A stretch of DNA of 64,000 nucleotides from Octopus sinensis (lineage: Eukaryota): the NCBI RefSeq assembly GCF_006345805.1, contig NC_043015.1, positions 40,548,001 through 40,612,000 of the forward strand, in the 5' to 3' direction. This document shows, piece by piece, positions 25,058 through 36,992 of the stretch. Below the pieces are notes generated by a model that worked only from the letters and a program-made list of their open reading frames with translations, was not told the origin of the DNA and did not search any database. The position numbers and the translations under genes were made by a program. Position 1 is the stretch's first letter. Each line of letters starts with the position of its first letter.

Positions 25058-25183
25058 CTATAAAACCTTAGCCCAGGACCATCGCGTCTGTGAGACACTC
25101 CAAGCCTTCTCTCGGGAGAAACACCGAACACTTCCTCCACCCTTTTTACTCCATCTTCTCACACTACAACCCTCCACCCCCCC

Positions 25184-25220
<37 letters not shown>

Positions 25221-25329
25221 AACCTTGCGTGTGCGTGTGTGTTCGCGTGCGCGCTATAAGCTGACAAGTTGGAAGAATGTAAACGTGTCCCGATCTGCGT
25301 GTCTGGACGATTGCGTACGGAGGATACTA

Positions 25330-25750
25330 CACACACACACACACACACATGCATGCGTGTGTGTACGTGTGTGTGTGTGTGAGCCTCTGTGTGTGTGTGT
25401 GTGTGTATGTGCGTGTGTGTCTGTGTGCCTGTCTGTGTGTGTGTGTGCCTGTCTGTGTGTGTGTCTGTCTGTCTGTCTGTGTGTGTGTGTGTGTGTGTGT
25501 GTGCCTGTGTGTGTGTGTGTATGTGTGCGTGTGTGGAGAGAGAGAGAGAGAGACCGATATAGATATGTGTGTATATGCGCATGTATGTTTGTTCACGCAC
25601 ATGCGTTATCACTGCATGCGTGTGTGTATATTTTAACACGCAAGTACACGTGTCAGGCTGCGCGCGCGCGTGTGTGTGTGTGTGAATATGTGTGTGTGTG
25701 TGTGTGCTTGCGTATGTTTGCATAGACACACACACACACACACACACGTG

Positions 25751-25797
<47 letters not shown>

Positions 25798-25800
25798 ATG
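25330..25800. repeat. (GT)n/(CA)n compound microsatellite field
   Basis: Directly visible; source of the CV/HT-repeat ORFs. Confidence 0.95.
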
Positions 25801-25903
25801 CTACAGAACATCGGCAGCTGCTACGAGAAATGTGAAGTTTAAGGTCCACGATGCAGCAGCAGTAGCAGCCGCAGCAGCAGCAGTAGTAGTAGTAGTGTTG
25901 GTG

Positions 25904-25956
<53 letters not shown>

Positions 25957-27129
25957 TGTAGTAGTAGAAGTGGTAGTGATGGTGGTAGTAGTAGAAGTGA
26001 TGGTAGTAAATTTGCTGATCTACCCTAGCTTATAACTGGTACACATCTCATGAGGGAGAGGCGGGGGTGGTGAGGAAATGCTTACTGATCATTTTAATTG
26101 ATCCAGCGAGATTTGAACCCGAAACGTCCGTGATACTGGAAGAGACTTGTTTGTAGCAGGGAGAGGAAGAACCACAGTGAGAGGTGGTGGAGGAGGAAGA
26201 GGAAGGCAATAAAGACGGCGTCGACGCTGGTTGGAGCTTAAACACGACGTGGCACCGTTGTTCTTGTTCTTGTTGCTGTTTACCCCTGGGTCAGCTATGA
26301 TCAAGCAGGCGCATACACAAAGGGCAATCTGGCCGTGCCCATCCCGCCTATTTTGTTATTCAGATGTGTCGCTTTTGTTTTTTTTTAAAAGAATGCATTG
26401 TTTGATCTTGGTGGAATTTGGCTGTTATTTCTAGCAGGTCAAGCTAGTGCATGGTCGCGGTTGTTGTTGTTAGTGGTGATGATGGTGGTGTACACATTGC
26501 ACTATTGCAGTGGCCGAGTCCACCCCAAACTGCCGCCACCACCACCACCAACATAGTCGCTCGCCTTGCTAGAAATAGCAGCAAAATTTTCAAATCACAC
26601 ACTCTCTCTCTCTCTCCATCTCTCCCCCCACCATCAAAAAACACTTTGAGGAATGTATTCAGAGCCTAATGTAGAATAAAAGACAGGATGGTCATAGCTG
26701 GAATGCCTTTTTATCATAGGAATGCTGGATAAGGAACATAACCACCACCACCACCACTACCACCACCACTACCACTACCACCACCACCATCCTAGCTGCT
26801 GCTGCTGCTGCCATCGTTGGGTGGATTGGAATTCAAAGGATCGACATTCGACTCTTCTGGGTTCCTGGTTCAAACCCAACCGGTGGTGAGGAAGGAATCT
26901 GGGCCAGATACATACCAGTAATATACTTGGGGATGGAGACACAGACAGCCAGACTGTGGGTGGCACCCGTCTCCCTAACCTCAGTACTAACGTTGGGTTA
27001 ACGTCCCACAAAAACAGCATGAATGCCACAACCCCTTCTGCATCACTTTCCTCTAACCCCCTCCTCATCATCTTTCCATTACACCAGGATTCGTGTCTCA
27101 ATAAATACAAACACATTTCCCTTACAACA

Positions 27130-27520
27130 CACACACATACACACGTGCATACACACACACTCACACACACACACACACACGTGCACATACACACACTCAC
27201 ACACACACACGTGCATATACACTCTCACACACACACACACAGATACACATGTGCATATACACACATTCACACATACACGTGCATATACACACACTCACAC
27301 ACACACATACATATACACACACACGTGCATATACACTCTCACACACACACCACATACACACGTGCATATACACACACACATACACACGTGCATATACACA
27401 CACTCACACACATACACACGTGCATATACACACACTCACGCACACACATACATATACACATACTCACACACACACACATACACACGCGTGCACACACACA
27501 CACACACACGCACGCAGCCT
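27130..27520. repeat. (CA)-derived higher-order repeat with recurring CACGTGCATATACAC units
   Basis: About 8 CACGTG occurrences at roughly 25-45 bp spacing. Confidence 0.85.
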
Positions 27521-27905
27521 TTAGGAAAACTCATCTTCTCTTTTACTCCTTCAGGAATCTCGTGTAAACGCCCATATGGCAGCGGTGGTGGTGGTGGTGA
27601 TTTGGTAACGGCAGTGTCTATGCTTATAGTGGTTGTAATGATGATGATGTTTTGGTTGGTGGTGGTGGTCGTGGTTGGTGGCGGTTATGCTGATGATAGC
27701 AGTGCGTGTGTGTGTGTGCGAGCACTGTGTGCCATGATCAGCTGACTTGGCTAAGCACCAGCACACATCATCTGCTGGCGCTGTCTCCACCCCGCCTCCA
27801 CCAGTGGTGCCAATGTCACCACCGCCACCACCACCACCATCATAACAACAACACCATCCTTGCAACCAAGAGATGCTAAGTTGTTTCTGCAAGTATCTAT
27901 GAAGA

Positions 27906-27950
<45 letters not shown>

Positions 27951-28527
27951 GGAAAGAGAGGAAAACAGAGAGAGAGAGAGAGAGAGTGTGTGTGTGGATG
28001 CAAGAGATGAGAATGGGATAGAAAGGAAGGATGAAAGAGAGGAAAGCAAAGAGAGAGAGGGGGAGGGAGGGGGAGAGAGAGGAAAACAAAGAGAGAGAGA
28101 GAGGAAGAGAGATGATAGAAAGATATCAAAAAAAGAGAGTAAAATGAAAATGAAGCTGGAGAGTAAGGGGAGGAGTAGGAGGAGGATATATCAGAAAGAG
28201 GTCAGAGAGAAAGAGAGAGAGAGAGGAGGAAGAGAGAGAGCGGGAAGGAGGGAGAAGGGCTAGTGAATGGAGGGGGGAGGGAGGGGGGAGGGAGGGGGGA
28301 GAGAGTAGGGGGGAAAGCAGCAAAAGCACACACAATCAACAATCGAATACAACTTGTGCCTGTCCTGTTTTCAGCTTCCAACAAAGATTGGTAGAGTAAA
28401 ATCCAATAATATGATTTGTTTACGATCCCACACACACACACAGACACCAGCGCACACACATACACACACACTCACACACAGACACATACACACACATACA
28501 GCGTGCGTGCACACGCAAGCACAACTG

Positions 28528-28541
28528 CCAATCCCGGAAGT
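28528..28541 (+). promoter_or_regulatory. Adjacent CCAAT box and ETS site (CCAATC-CCGGAAGT)
   Basis: Motifs visible directly; function inferred only. Confidence 0.3.
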
Positions 28542-28589
28542 AAACGGACCGATTCTTGTTGGAGTGGTTTTTACAATGAGGGTCAACAA

Positions 28590-28640
28590 CCACCTCTGCC
28601 ACCGGCCCCACCTCTGCCACCGGCCCCACCTCTGCCACCA
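28590..28640. repeat. ~3 x 18-bp tandem repeat CCACCTCTGCCACCGGCC
   Basis: Directly visible. Confidence 0.9.
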
Positions 28641-29089
28641 GTTTCCTTTAATTTAGGGGTTTCTCATCTGAAGGACCAGCTCTGTGTGTGGCGCATTGTT
28701 AGACCCAGGCTAGACACTGTTTCTACTTCGTAGTGGATTTTGGAGGATTGGCAGCTGGCGCCAGTCCAAGTCTGGTTTTGGTGTTTGAAGTGAATTTAGA
28801 GAAGTCTCGGTACCGCTTCCTATTGACTGTAGTGAGCAACTTAACATGGTTTCGTTCTTTAAGGACTGGAAAGAAGGAGAACGCCAAAGAATACCACCAG
28901 ATTCTGGGAACAGTAATGCTGTTGTTTAGCCATGGGCCAGCACTGGTCTAAAAGAACGATGATCAAAAGTGTTTCAGCCAAAGCAAAGAGAATACATTGT
29001 GCAATGTTATTCTTTATTTAAGACAGACTGTTATCCGAGGAAGATGTGGCTGTTGTTTCTAGCAGGTCATAAAATGCCATTGCAGTTTC

Positions 29090-29500
29090 AGTGCTGAGAG
29101 GTCAAAAAGGAGGCTGTTGCCAACGCAATTCTTTAACTTTTCCATTTCTTTGTCTCTAATGATGATTGTCAGATGCCATACTGGGTCTGAGAACAACCCA
29201 AGGTCTTGACAGTAACCAGCACAAAAACAGATAGCAGCTGGTCAGGCTCCTGGATCATTTTTTCTTTCCAATATTTTTGTCTCCTCTGCATTACGGGTGG
29301 CAATACCTAGTTTTGTAGCTGATGCAGCAAGGTTGGAGCCAGAGAACATGTTGCAACACGCTGCGTCCTAGATTAGGGATTTGCCTCCCTGATATGGAAA
29401 GAAGGGTTATTCCATAAGGATGCTCACCATCCCAGCAGTCAAGACCTTTGAGTTCCATTAGTGAAAGGAAGCCAACTGTGTCAAGACACCCTTCTGATTA
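29090..29500 (-). mobile_element. Decayed CRE-like (RLE-domain) non-LTR retrotransposon C-terminus
   Basis: Minus translation DGEHPYGITLL / PYQGGKSLI*DAACCNMFSGSNLAASATKLGIATRNAEETK...VFVLVTVKTLG resembles the CRE RLE pattern RPDGxT..P..GKxLxWDxT...AAxxAExxK...FxPxAVETxG; contains stops and frameshifts. Confidence 0.6.
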
Positions 29501-29751
29501 TGCTGGTCTTTAGTCTTTAGTCATATGGCATTTTACTGCAACACACACAAGTCATAAGTTTGATACTGTGACATACAAAAGTCATATTTAAGACTGTGAT
29601 ATGTCATATCTCAATCTGCAGTACACAAATCCGTGACAGCTCCTGTGATACATTTTTAGTTGTGACCCTCCTAAGTCTTAAAATTTAATCTCTGACCCAA
29701 CAGTTTCACTATAATTAATTATTCATGAGGTGCTCGCACAACAGTAAGAAT

Positions 29752-30225
29752 CATCATCATCATCATTTAACATCTGCTTTCCATGCTAGCATGGGTTGGA
29801 CGATCTGACTGAGGACTGGCGAACCAGATGGCTGCACCAGGCTCCAATCTTGATCTGGCAGAGTTTCTACAGCTCAATACCCTTCCTAACACCAACCACT
29901 CCGAGAGTGTACTGGGTGCTTTTTATGTGCCACCGGCACGAGGGCCAGTGTGGTGGTACTGGCAATGGCCACGCCCAAATGGTGCTTTTTATGTGCCACC
30001 TGCACAGGATGCAGTCCAGCGGCACTGGTGATGACCTTGCTCGAATGTTTCACGTGCCACCAGCACAAGTGCCAGTTAGGAGACGCAGTAACAATCATGC
30101 TCGAATGGTGTGTTTAACGTGCCATCGGCATGGAGGCCAGCTTGTTGCTCTGGCAACGATCTCACTTGTATGGTACTCTTAGCGCTCCACTAGCAACGGA
30201 TGCCAGTCACCGCATTTGATTTCGA
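29752..30225 (-). mobile_element. SINE family C, long copy with several internal units
   Basis: (CAT)n tail through internal units to ATTTGATTT head. Confidence 0.85.
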
Positions 30226-30306
30226 CACAAAATTTTAACTATCCATTCCTAATTGTGTTTGGGTGGGTTTGAATGTGAATATCTGATCCCTGTAGTATCT
30301 TCATCA

Positions 30307-31266
30307 TCAGAGAACGTCTTCCAGCCTTTGCTCAATTATGCGTTCATCACACACGATTCCTTGATGATAAGGAATAAAGCGTGGGCTGAGGACAGACAAG
30401 ATGAGATCAATACAGCATTGTGTGTCAGGCTTCCTACCTCAATAAATGTGTGTGTGTGTGTGCATGTGTGTGTGCACGCACATGTATGTATGTACATGTG
30501 TGCATGCCAAACTTTGTAAATGAAATTGGAGAAAGAGAAAGTACTCAATACAGAGTGTAGTAAGATATAAGTTGTGCCAAATTCAAGCCAGAATTCAGTC
30601 TCAGCATGTGTGTGTGTGTGTGTGCTCACATGCATTAAGTTACTTTCCTTTAAGGAAGAAAAAGTACAACTGACTTAGTTACTCATGAAATAGAGATCAA
30701 TATACTATGTACCAGATTCAGTATATGAGGTAGATGTAATTTAAATAATTGAAGCCAGTGGTGCTCCAGTTTGGCCACAGTCCAAACCAGTCAAACAAGA
30801 AAAGCATCAAACACCCCCCCACCACAACTTGTTCATGGCAAATCTCATGTGGCATGAATTTTTGCTGGTCTTCTCTTTCTCTCCCTCTAATGATGGACCC
30901 ACAAGGTACCAGTAATATACTGAGTGAGAACACTCTTTCCTTTGGAGCTAATCCAACACAATTTCATTTATCCATCTGGTTTAGATAATAAAACTGTACA
31001 GACTACAGTGGAAACCACCCAACTTTATATCGTGGTGGTGGTGGTGGTGGTGGTGGTGATGGTAGTGGTGGCAATGATGATGATGGCAACTAAAGTCTAA
31101 TGCAAATGTTATCTGTGTCGATGCTGTGGTGTTGATGCCCTTGTGTTGGTGTTGTTGTTGGTGATGATGATGATGATGACAATTGTTATATTCAATGATG
31201 ATAGCAATTGTTATTTTCATTGATGATGATGATGATGTCGATGACAGGAATGGTGTGCCAATTGTT

Positions 31267-31297
<31 letters not shown>

Positions 31298-31703
31298 CGG
31301 TGGTGGTGATGATGGTGGTGATGACGAACAATTGTAATGTGTTGATGCTGTGATGATAAAAACATTTCCCTCCTCTTCTTTTCACTCAAATAACAAAACT
31401 CCATGAAAACAATTCACAGACACACAGTCAGACAGACAGACAGACACACGGAAAAAAAAAATTAAAACAAACCAAAAAAAAAATCTGATTTTACAACACC
31501 CCTACTCCGCTTTCATACTCTCTCTCCTTTCTGTCTGCTACTCTCTCACACTTCTTATCTCTGTCTCCATCTCCCTGTCTCTCCCTCTCTCTCTCATTCC
31601 TCCACCCATTTTTTTTATCTCCCTCCCTCTACCCCCACCCCACCCACCTCTACCTTCACCACTGCCAGACACCATCTTCTCCATAAAAGACAAACCTCTT
31701 CAT
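30307..31703 (-). CDS. Candidate spliced 28-aa small ORF MKSPRFIPYHQGIVCDERIIEQRLEDVL (31703-31696 joined to 30385-30307)
   Basis: 52-nt exon 31747-31696 with acceptor TTTCTTGTCTGCTACAG| and donor GAG|GTTTGT; next acceptor TCATCTTGTCTGTCCTCAG| at 30386; phases join into an open frame. No expression evidence. Confidence 0.2.
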
Positions 31704-31917
31704 TCCAGACTCCAAGTTTCCTTCACTTCAACGGAAACCAACCTTTCCTGTAGCAGACAAGAAACACTTTCACCAAAGTACAGAAACGAAGGGGGGGGGG
31801 GGTGTTGACTCCCTCTCCAAACCCCCCCCCTCTCTCTCTTTCTCTCTCTAAGTATTTCCCCTGTGAGTGTGTGTGTGTGTGCATACACACATGTGTGTGT
31901 ATATATCTTGAATACGT

Positions 31918-31948
<31 letters not shown>

Positions 31949-32765
31949 TAAATGGATAGACAAACAGAGAGAGGGATAGACAAATAGAGAAGGAGAGAGA
32001 AAGAGAGAGGGAGACAGACAGAAAGCCAAGAAGGCAAGCATGTAGATAGACAGACAGTGGAGGTGGCGGTGGTGGTGTTGACGGTGGTGGTGGTGGTGGT
32101 GGTGGTGGCAGTGGTCAGCAAAGACAAAAAAACTTCATGAAATTTGTTAAAAGAAAAAAAGTCAAGTTTGGATGCTTTAAAGTGGATTATGTTTTCTTTG
32201 AGAGGAGAAGTTGTCTGCTGTGAAGAATTCAGTCTCGACAAAGAACCTTTCTACAAAGAACAAGAAATGTAAGACAACAAAGGAAAAAAAAAAAAACAAA
32301 AAAAAAACAACAAAAGAAAGATCTTTGTTCAAAAGAGGATCCTAATGATGATTTCTTCAAAAAAAAGATCTCTGCAGAGAACCTCAAAGACTCACCTCAC
32401 ACCAATTTGTCTTTTACCTCTTTTTTCTACCAATTTTATTCTATGATCCATGTTAACCTTTTAGTTAGACATATTGCAGAATCAAGTTCGTTATTCATTG
32501 GTTGAAGTTGACCACAAATTTGCATTGAAAGTCTAGCAAGGTATTTCTACAGAGAAGACAGGCTGGTGTCCATACAAGTCGCCCACCGTCTCTTAATTCC
32601 ACTGATGTTGTCTCTGAGAAAGACTGACATCTTAAGATGTGGTCACAGATGTTGTTGTCTGAATGTAAAGAGTTGGCAGAGATACAATAAGATATCCTAC
32701 CTGGCACACCAACCATGCCATCAACCTGGACTGGTGCCTTTATATTATTGGCCATAAAGGGAACA

Positions 32766-32933
32766 GGTGTGGCTGTGTAGAATGGGTAAGAAGTTGGCTT
32801 TCCAACCACGTTGTTCCAGGTTCAACCCCACTGCATCTGCAAGGCACCTTGGGCATGTGCTTTCTACTATAGCTCCATTTTGACCAAAACCTTGTGAGCG
32901 GATTTGGTAGACAGAAACTAAAAGAAACCCACA

Positions 32934-32934
<1 letters not shown>
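32766..32934 (+). mobile_element. SINE family A, 5' half
   Basis: Head through AAAGAAACCC, then (TA)n. Confidence 0.8.
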
Positions 32935-32971
<37 letters not shown>

Positions 32972-32976
<5 letters not shown>

Positions 32977-33186
32977 TAATCCAAACAAGAAAACACAAAG
33001 AGAAAACACAACAACGTGAGGACGTTGAACAAATATAGTATTATTGGACGCTCAGGAAGGAAGGGAAGAAGGAGGGTTTAACATTTTGAGCGGAGCTCTT
33101 CATCGGAAACATAGGAGAATGAAGGATCCAGAGAAGGGTAGACGGAGGAAAAAAAAAATCGCCAACGGTACACACGAGGTCACATA
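32972..33186 (-). mobile_element. Repeat family D copy 2 (hammerhead motif degenerate)
   Basis: Homologous to 23621; minus-strand motif CCGAUGA-A-GAGC..GCUC-AAAAUGUU has lost G12. Confidence 0.85.
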
Positions 33187-34229
33187 TATATATATCTGTG
33201 TGTGTCTGTGTGTTACTGCTTCCAACATATATGGTCACAGTTAAGACTCTTTTTCTGACCCAGTATATCTAGGACTACATATTCTAATGTGTCCCTCCTT
33301 GTTTTGTCTCATCTCAGGACAGTCTCTCGTCCAGCGGTCATGTGGAGGATTGGGGCTGACTCACAACAGCAACTCTAAGAACATAATGTTGTCCTACATA
33401 AATTTTGTTTGAATAAAGACAGGATGGTCACAGCTGGAACAACTTTTATCGAAGGTCTGCTGGATCAGGAACGGGCAGGGGACTCAACAACGAGGGAGAA
33501 CAAACTAGAGAAGGTAGTCCTAGATACACTTATGTTTGAATAAGGGATGTGATGGCCACAGCTGGTACAACTTTGAGAAAGAGTGGGAAGACAGACAGAG
33601 AGGGGGAAAGAGAAAAGGAAGAGAGAGACCTTGAGAGGCGAAAGAGAGAGAAGAGAGAAAGAGGGGGAAAGAGAAGACATGAAAATGATTTGTTAGTCAC
33701 AAGATAGACACGAAAGAGAAGTGTGGTGGTGGTGAAGATGGTAGTGGAGATGCTGTTTAGCCCCAGGCCAGCACTGATCAAGCAAATATGCAATCAAAGG
33801 CATTCCAGCCATGACTGCTACTTCTTTATATCAGTGACTTTATATCAGTCGTATATATCTTTATATCAGTCCAACGTGTCCTTCCTTTCTGAAGAAGATA
33901 GAATGGGATTTAAAAGATAATTGCTTGCCATGTCTAGTAGTTCAAGCAACCACATAGTGGCTCTCTTCATTGCCAAGTTCCAAAGCAGCAGCAGCAGTTT
34001 CTGTAGTAGTAGTAGTGGCAGTGGTGTCGGTGCCGGTGTTCGTGCTAGGAGTGGTTTTGCAGTATTGATGATTGTGTAGGAGGTGGTGCTAGTGGTGGTT
34101 GTTGTTGGTGGTGGTGGTGGTGGTTGTCATGACGTTATGGCATCAAGCAAAGAGTTCAATGAGAAAGAGAAGGAAAAGGGGACAATCGTTACCACCACCA
34201 CCACCACCACCACCGCCAGTAGTAGTAGC

Positions 34230-34274
<45 letters not shown>

Positions 34275-34855
34275 AGTAGTAGTAGTAGTAGTACAGAATG
34301 AAGGGAGGATAGAGAGTGTGTGAGAGAGAGAGGTGGGGGAGAGGGAGGTTCATTCACAGAAACTGTATGAATGGTTACAATTAGCAGCAGGGGTAGCTAA
34401 ATGCTGGAATGTGCATGTGCATCTGTGTGTGCGCCTGCACGTGCATGCGAGCATGGCAAAGGGAGAAGGGGAGAGAGAGGATATGAAGGGAGAGCAGCTT
34501 CTAGCTCTCCTTCTCTCCTTCTTCTCCATCTTCTCCTCCAGCCAACTCCATCACATCAAATGCACTTATTACACTTGAGACGACGTCTACCACGTACGTC
34601 TGTCTGTTTGTCTTTCTAGAGACATGGAGCAGGAACGGGGAGGAGGGTAAAGTGCCTTGTGGTATTTGATCCAGTTCTTAATACTCTCGGCTCATGTCCC
34701 AGTGAGGCTGACTTTACGTTCTTTATCTTTATGGCATCGATAAACAAAATGCGATTCCAAAACGACAGATTCGATGTGGTTCCAACGGCTGCTGCCACGA
34801 CGCCTCCTCCTTTTTTTTTGGTGGTTCCTCATCTGTTCCAATTCCCAGCATCCTG

Positions 34856-35443
34856 ATGGCAACACCTTTAAATGACACCGGTGCCAAGATCTGTCAGTCG
34901 TTGCCATTTTCTTCGACGACATCAAAGGAGAGAGAAGAGACTTGCTGCACGGGTAACTGGTGGTGTTACACAAACAAAAAATCCCTTGCTGAGAGAGAAA
35001 TTTTCCAGGAGCAGGTATGTGGTCTCAGGAGATATACCAAGGCCCCGGATGTATGTGTGTGTGTGTATATATGTATGTATGCATATTCATGTAGGTGTAC
35101 GTATGAATGTATGCATGTGTGTGTAGGGATATGTAAGAGGGGGAGAGGAGGAGAGGGAGGGTAGGATGAGTTTATGCAGGTGTGATAAATGCAGTGCAAA
35201 GGAGATAAAGAAAGGAATGTGTGTGTGTTGTGTGTGTGTGTGTGTGTGTGTGTGTGGATTGGTGTGATGAGCGTGGAGTGCTTCCATCCCGATGCATGCA
35301 AACATGGAAAAACAGACATTAAAATGAGCCAACGCACACATCACGCACGCACGCATACTGCGAGAGAGGCAGAGCATGATAAGGGATTAGGTATAATGGA
35401 AGCTAGAACTGACAAGGATGTAGAAAAGCCTAGAGTAAAAGAA

Positions 35444-35474
<31 letters not shown>

Positions 35475-36956
35475 TGTTGTTGTTGGTGAGGGATTGAAGA
35501 TGGCATGGAAGAGAAACAAACACTCAGCGTTGTCAGGGAAAACTAAGGAACAGACATGTAGCAACTGGCTTCCCCCCCATGTGGTGTTGAAGGGTCCAGA
35601 AATATAGGAGAAAATGGTCAACATTGGATTCAATGGACAACCATAGATATGTGTGCATGCATGTGTGTGTGCGTGCGTGCATGTGTACGTGTGTGCATGT
35701 GCGTGTGTGTGTGCATGTGTGTGCGTGTGTGTGTGTGTGCACCTTCCCTATTCTGAGACAACACTATTATCCAAATTGCCCATTCACTGTCCAACCTTTT
35801 CACATCTACTTTTCCATGCTTGCATGAGTCGGATGGAAGCTTGGCAAGACAGATTTTTCTACAGCTGGATGCCCTTCCTATCACCAACCTTCACCTGTTT
35901 CCTACCCCCTCATGACCAGACAGTTTTCCACAGATGAATAAAGGGTACCACTAGCACGATGGTAACACTCACTTTAAAAACCACACAATATCAAAGCAAC
36001 AAGACAGTCTCTATTTCTCTCTCTCTTTTTCTCTTTCTCTCTCTCTCACACACTCACACAGACACACATGATTACAGGTAGGTTCACTGTAAAGGAAGTT
36101 TGCCGTGAGGAATGTTTTCTGAGAAAATATACTCAAAGTATCTCACCATTAATAGTTAAATACTTTATAGAAGAAAAAAAAAATCGATGATGGTGAACTT
36201 ACCAGACATGCACACACACACACACACAACACACATATATATACATATATAAAGTTAATCCAAACAAGAGAGCACAAAAAAAACACAACGCGAGGACGTG
36301 GAACAAATATAGTATTATTGGATGCTCAGGAAAGAAGGAAAGAAAGAGGGTTCAACGTTTCGAGCTGAGCTCTTCGTCGGAAACATAGGAGAAGGAAAGA
36401 TCCAGAGAAGGGAAGACAGAGGGGGAAAAAAAAAAAAATCGCCAACGGTACACACGCGGTCACATTTTGAAAGACTGGAAGGAATATATATATATATGTG
36501 TGTGTGTGTGTAAACATATAACAGGTTACTTTCACTTTCTGTCTACCAAATCTATTCATTAGGTTTTGATCATCTTGAGATTCTGGCAGAAGACTGCCCA
36601 AGGTGCCATGCAGTGGGAATGAACCCATAACAGTGTGATTGGGAAGGAAACTTCTCTCCACACACCCACACCTCATCGTCGTCATCATCATCATCATCAT
36701 CACCACCACCATCATCATTTTTGTATCCAGAGTATGTGGAATATAATGTAATAACATCTTGGAGGTAACCAATGTTGCCGCCGTCTTTGCTGCTGCTAAG
36801 ATGGCAGGTCCATTCTGGTATTTGGCAATGGGACAAGTCTATAAGAGTATGGGATAGATTCCTGGGAGAGAGAGAGAGAGCGGGAGGAGACAAGGGAGTG
36901 TGTGTGTGTGTGTGTGTTGGTGAGGTCATAGAAATGGTCAACAGAGCATGGAGGGA

Positions 36957-36992
<36 letters not shown>

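Noticed and set aside
31723-31747. KGWFP, SH3-like motif
   Set aside because: Stop codon two residues later; rest of the SH3 domain absent.
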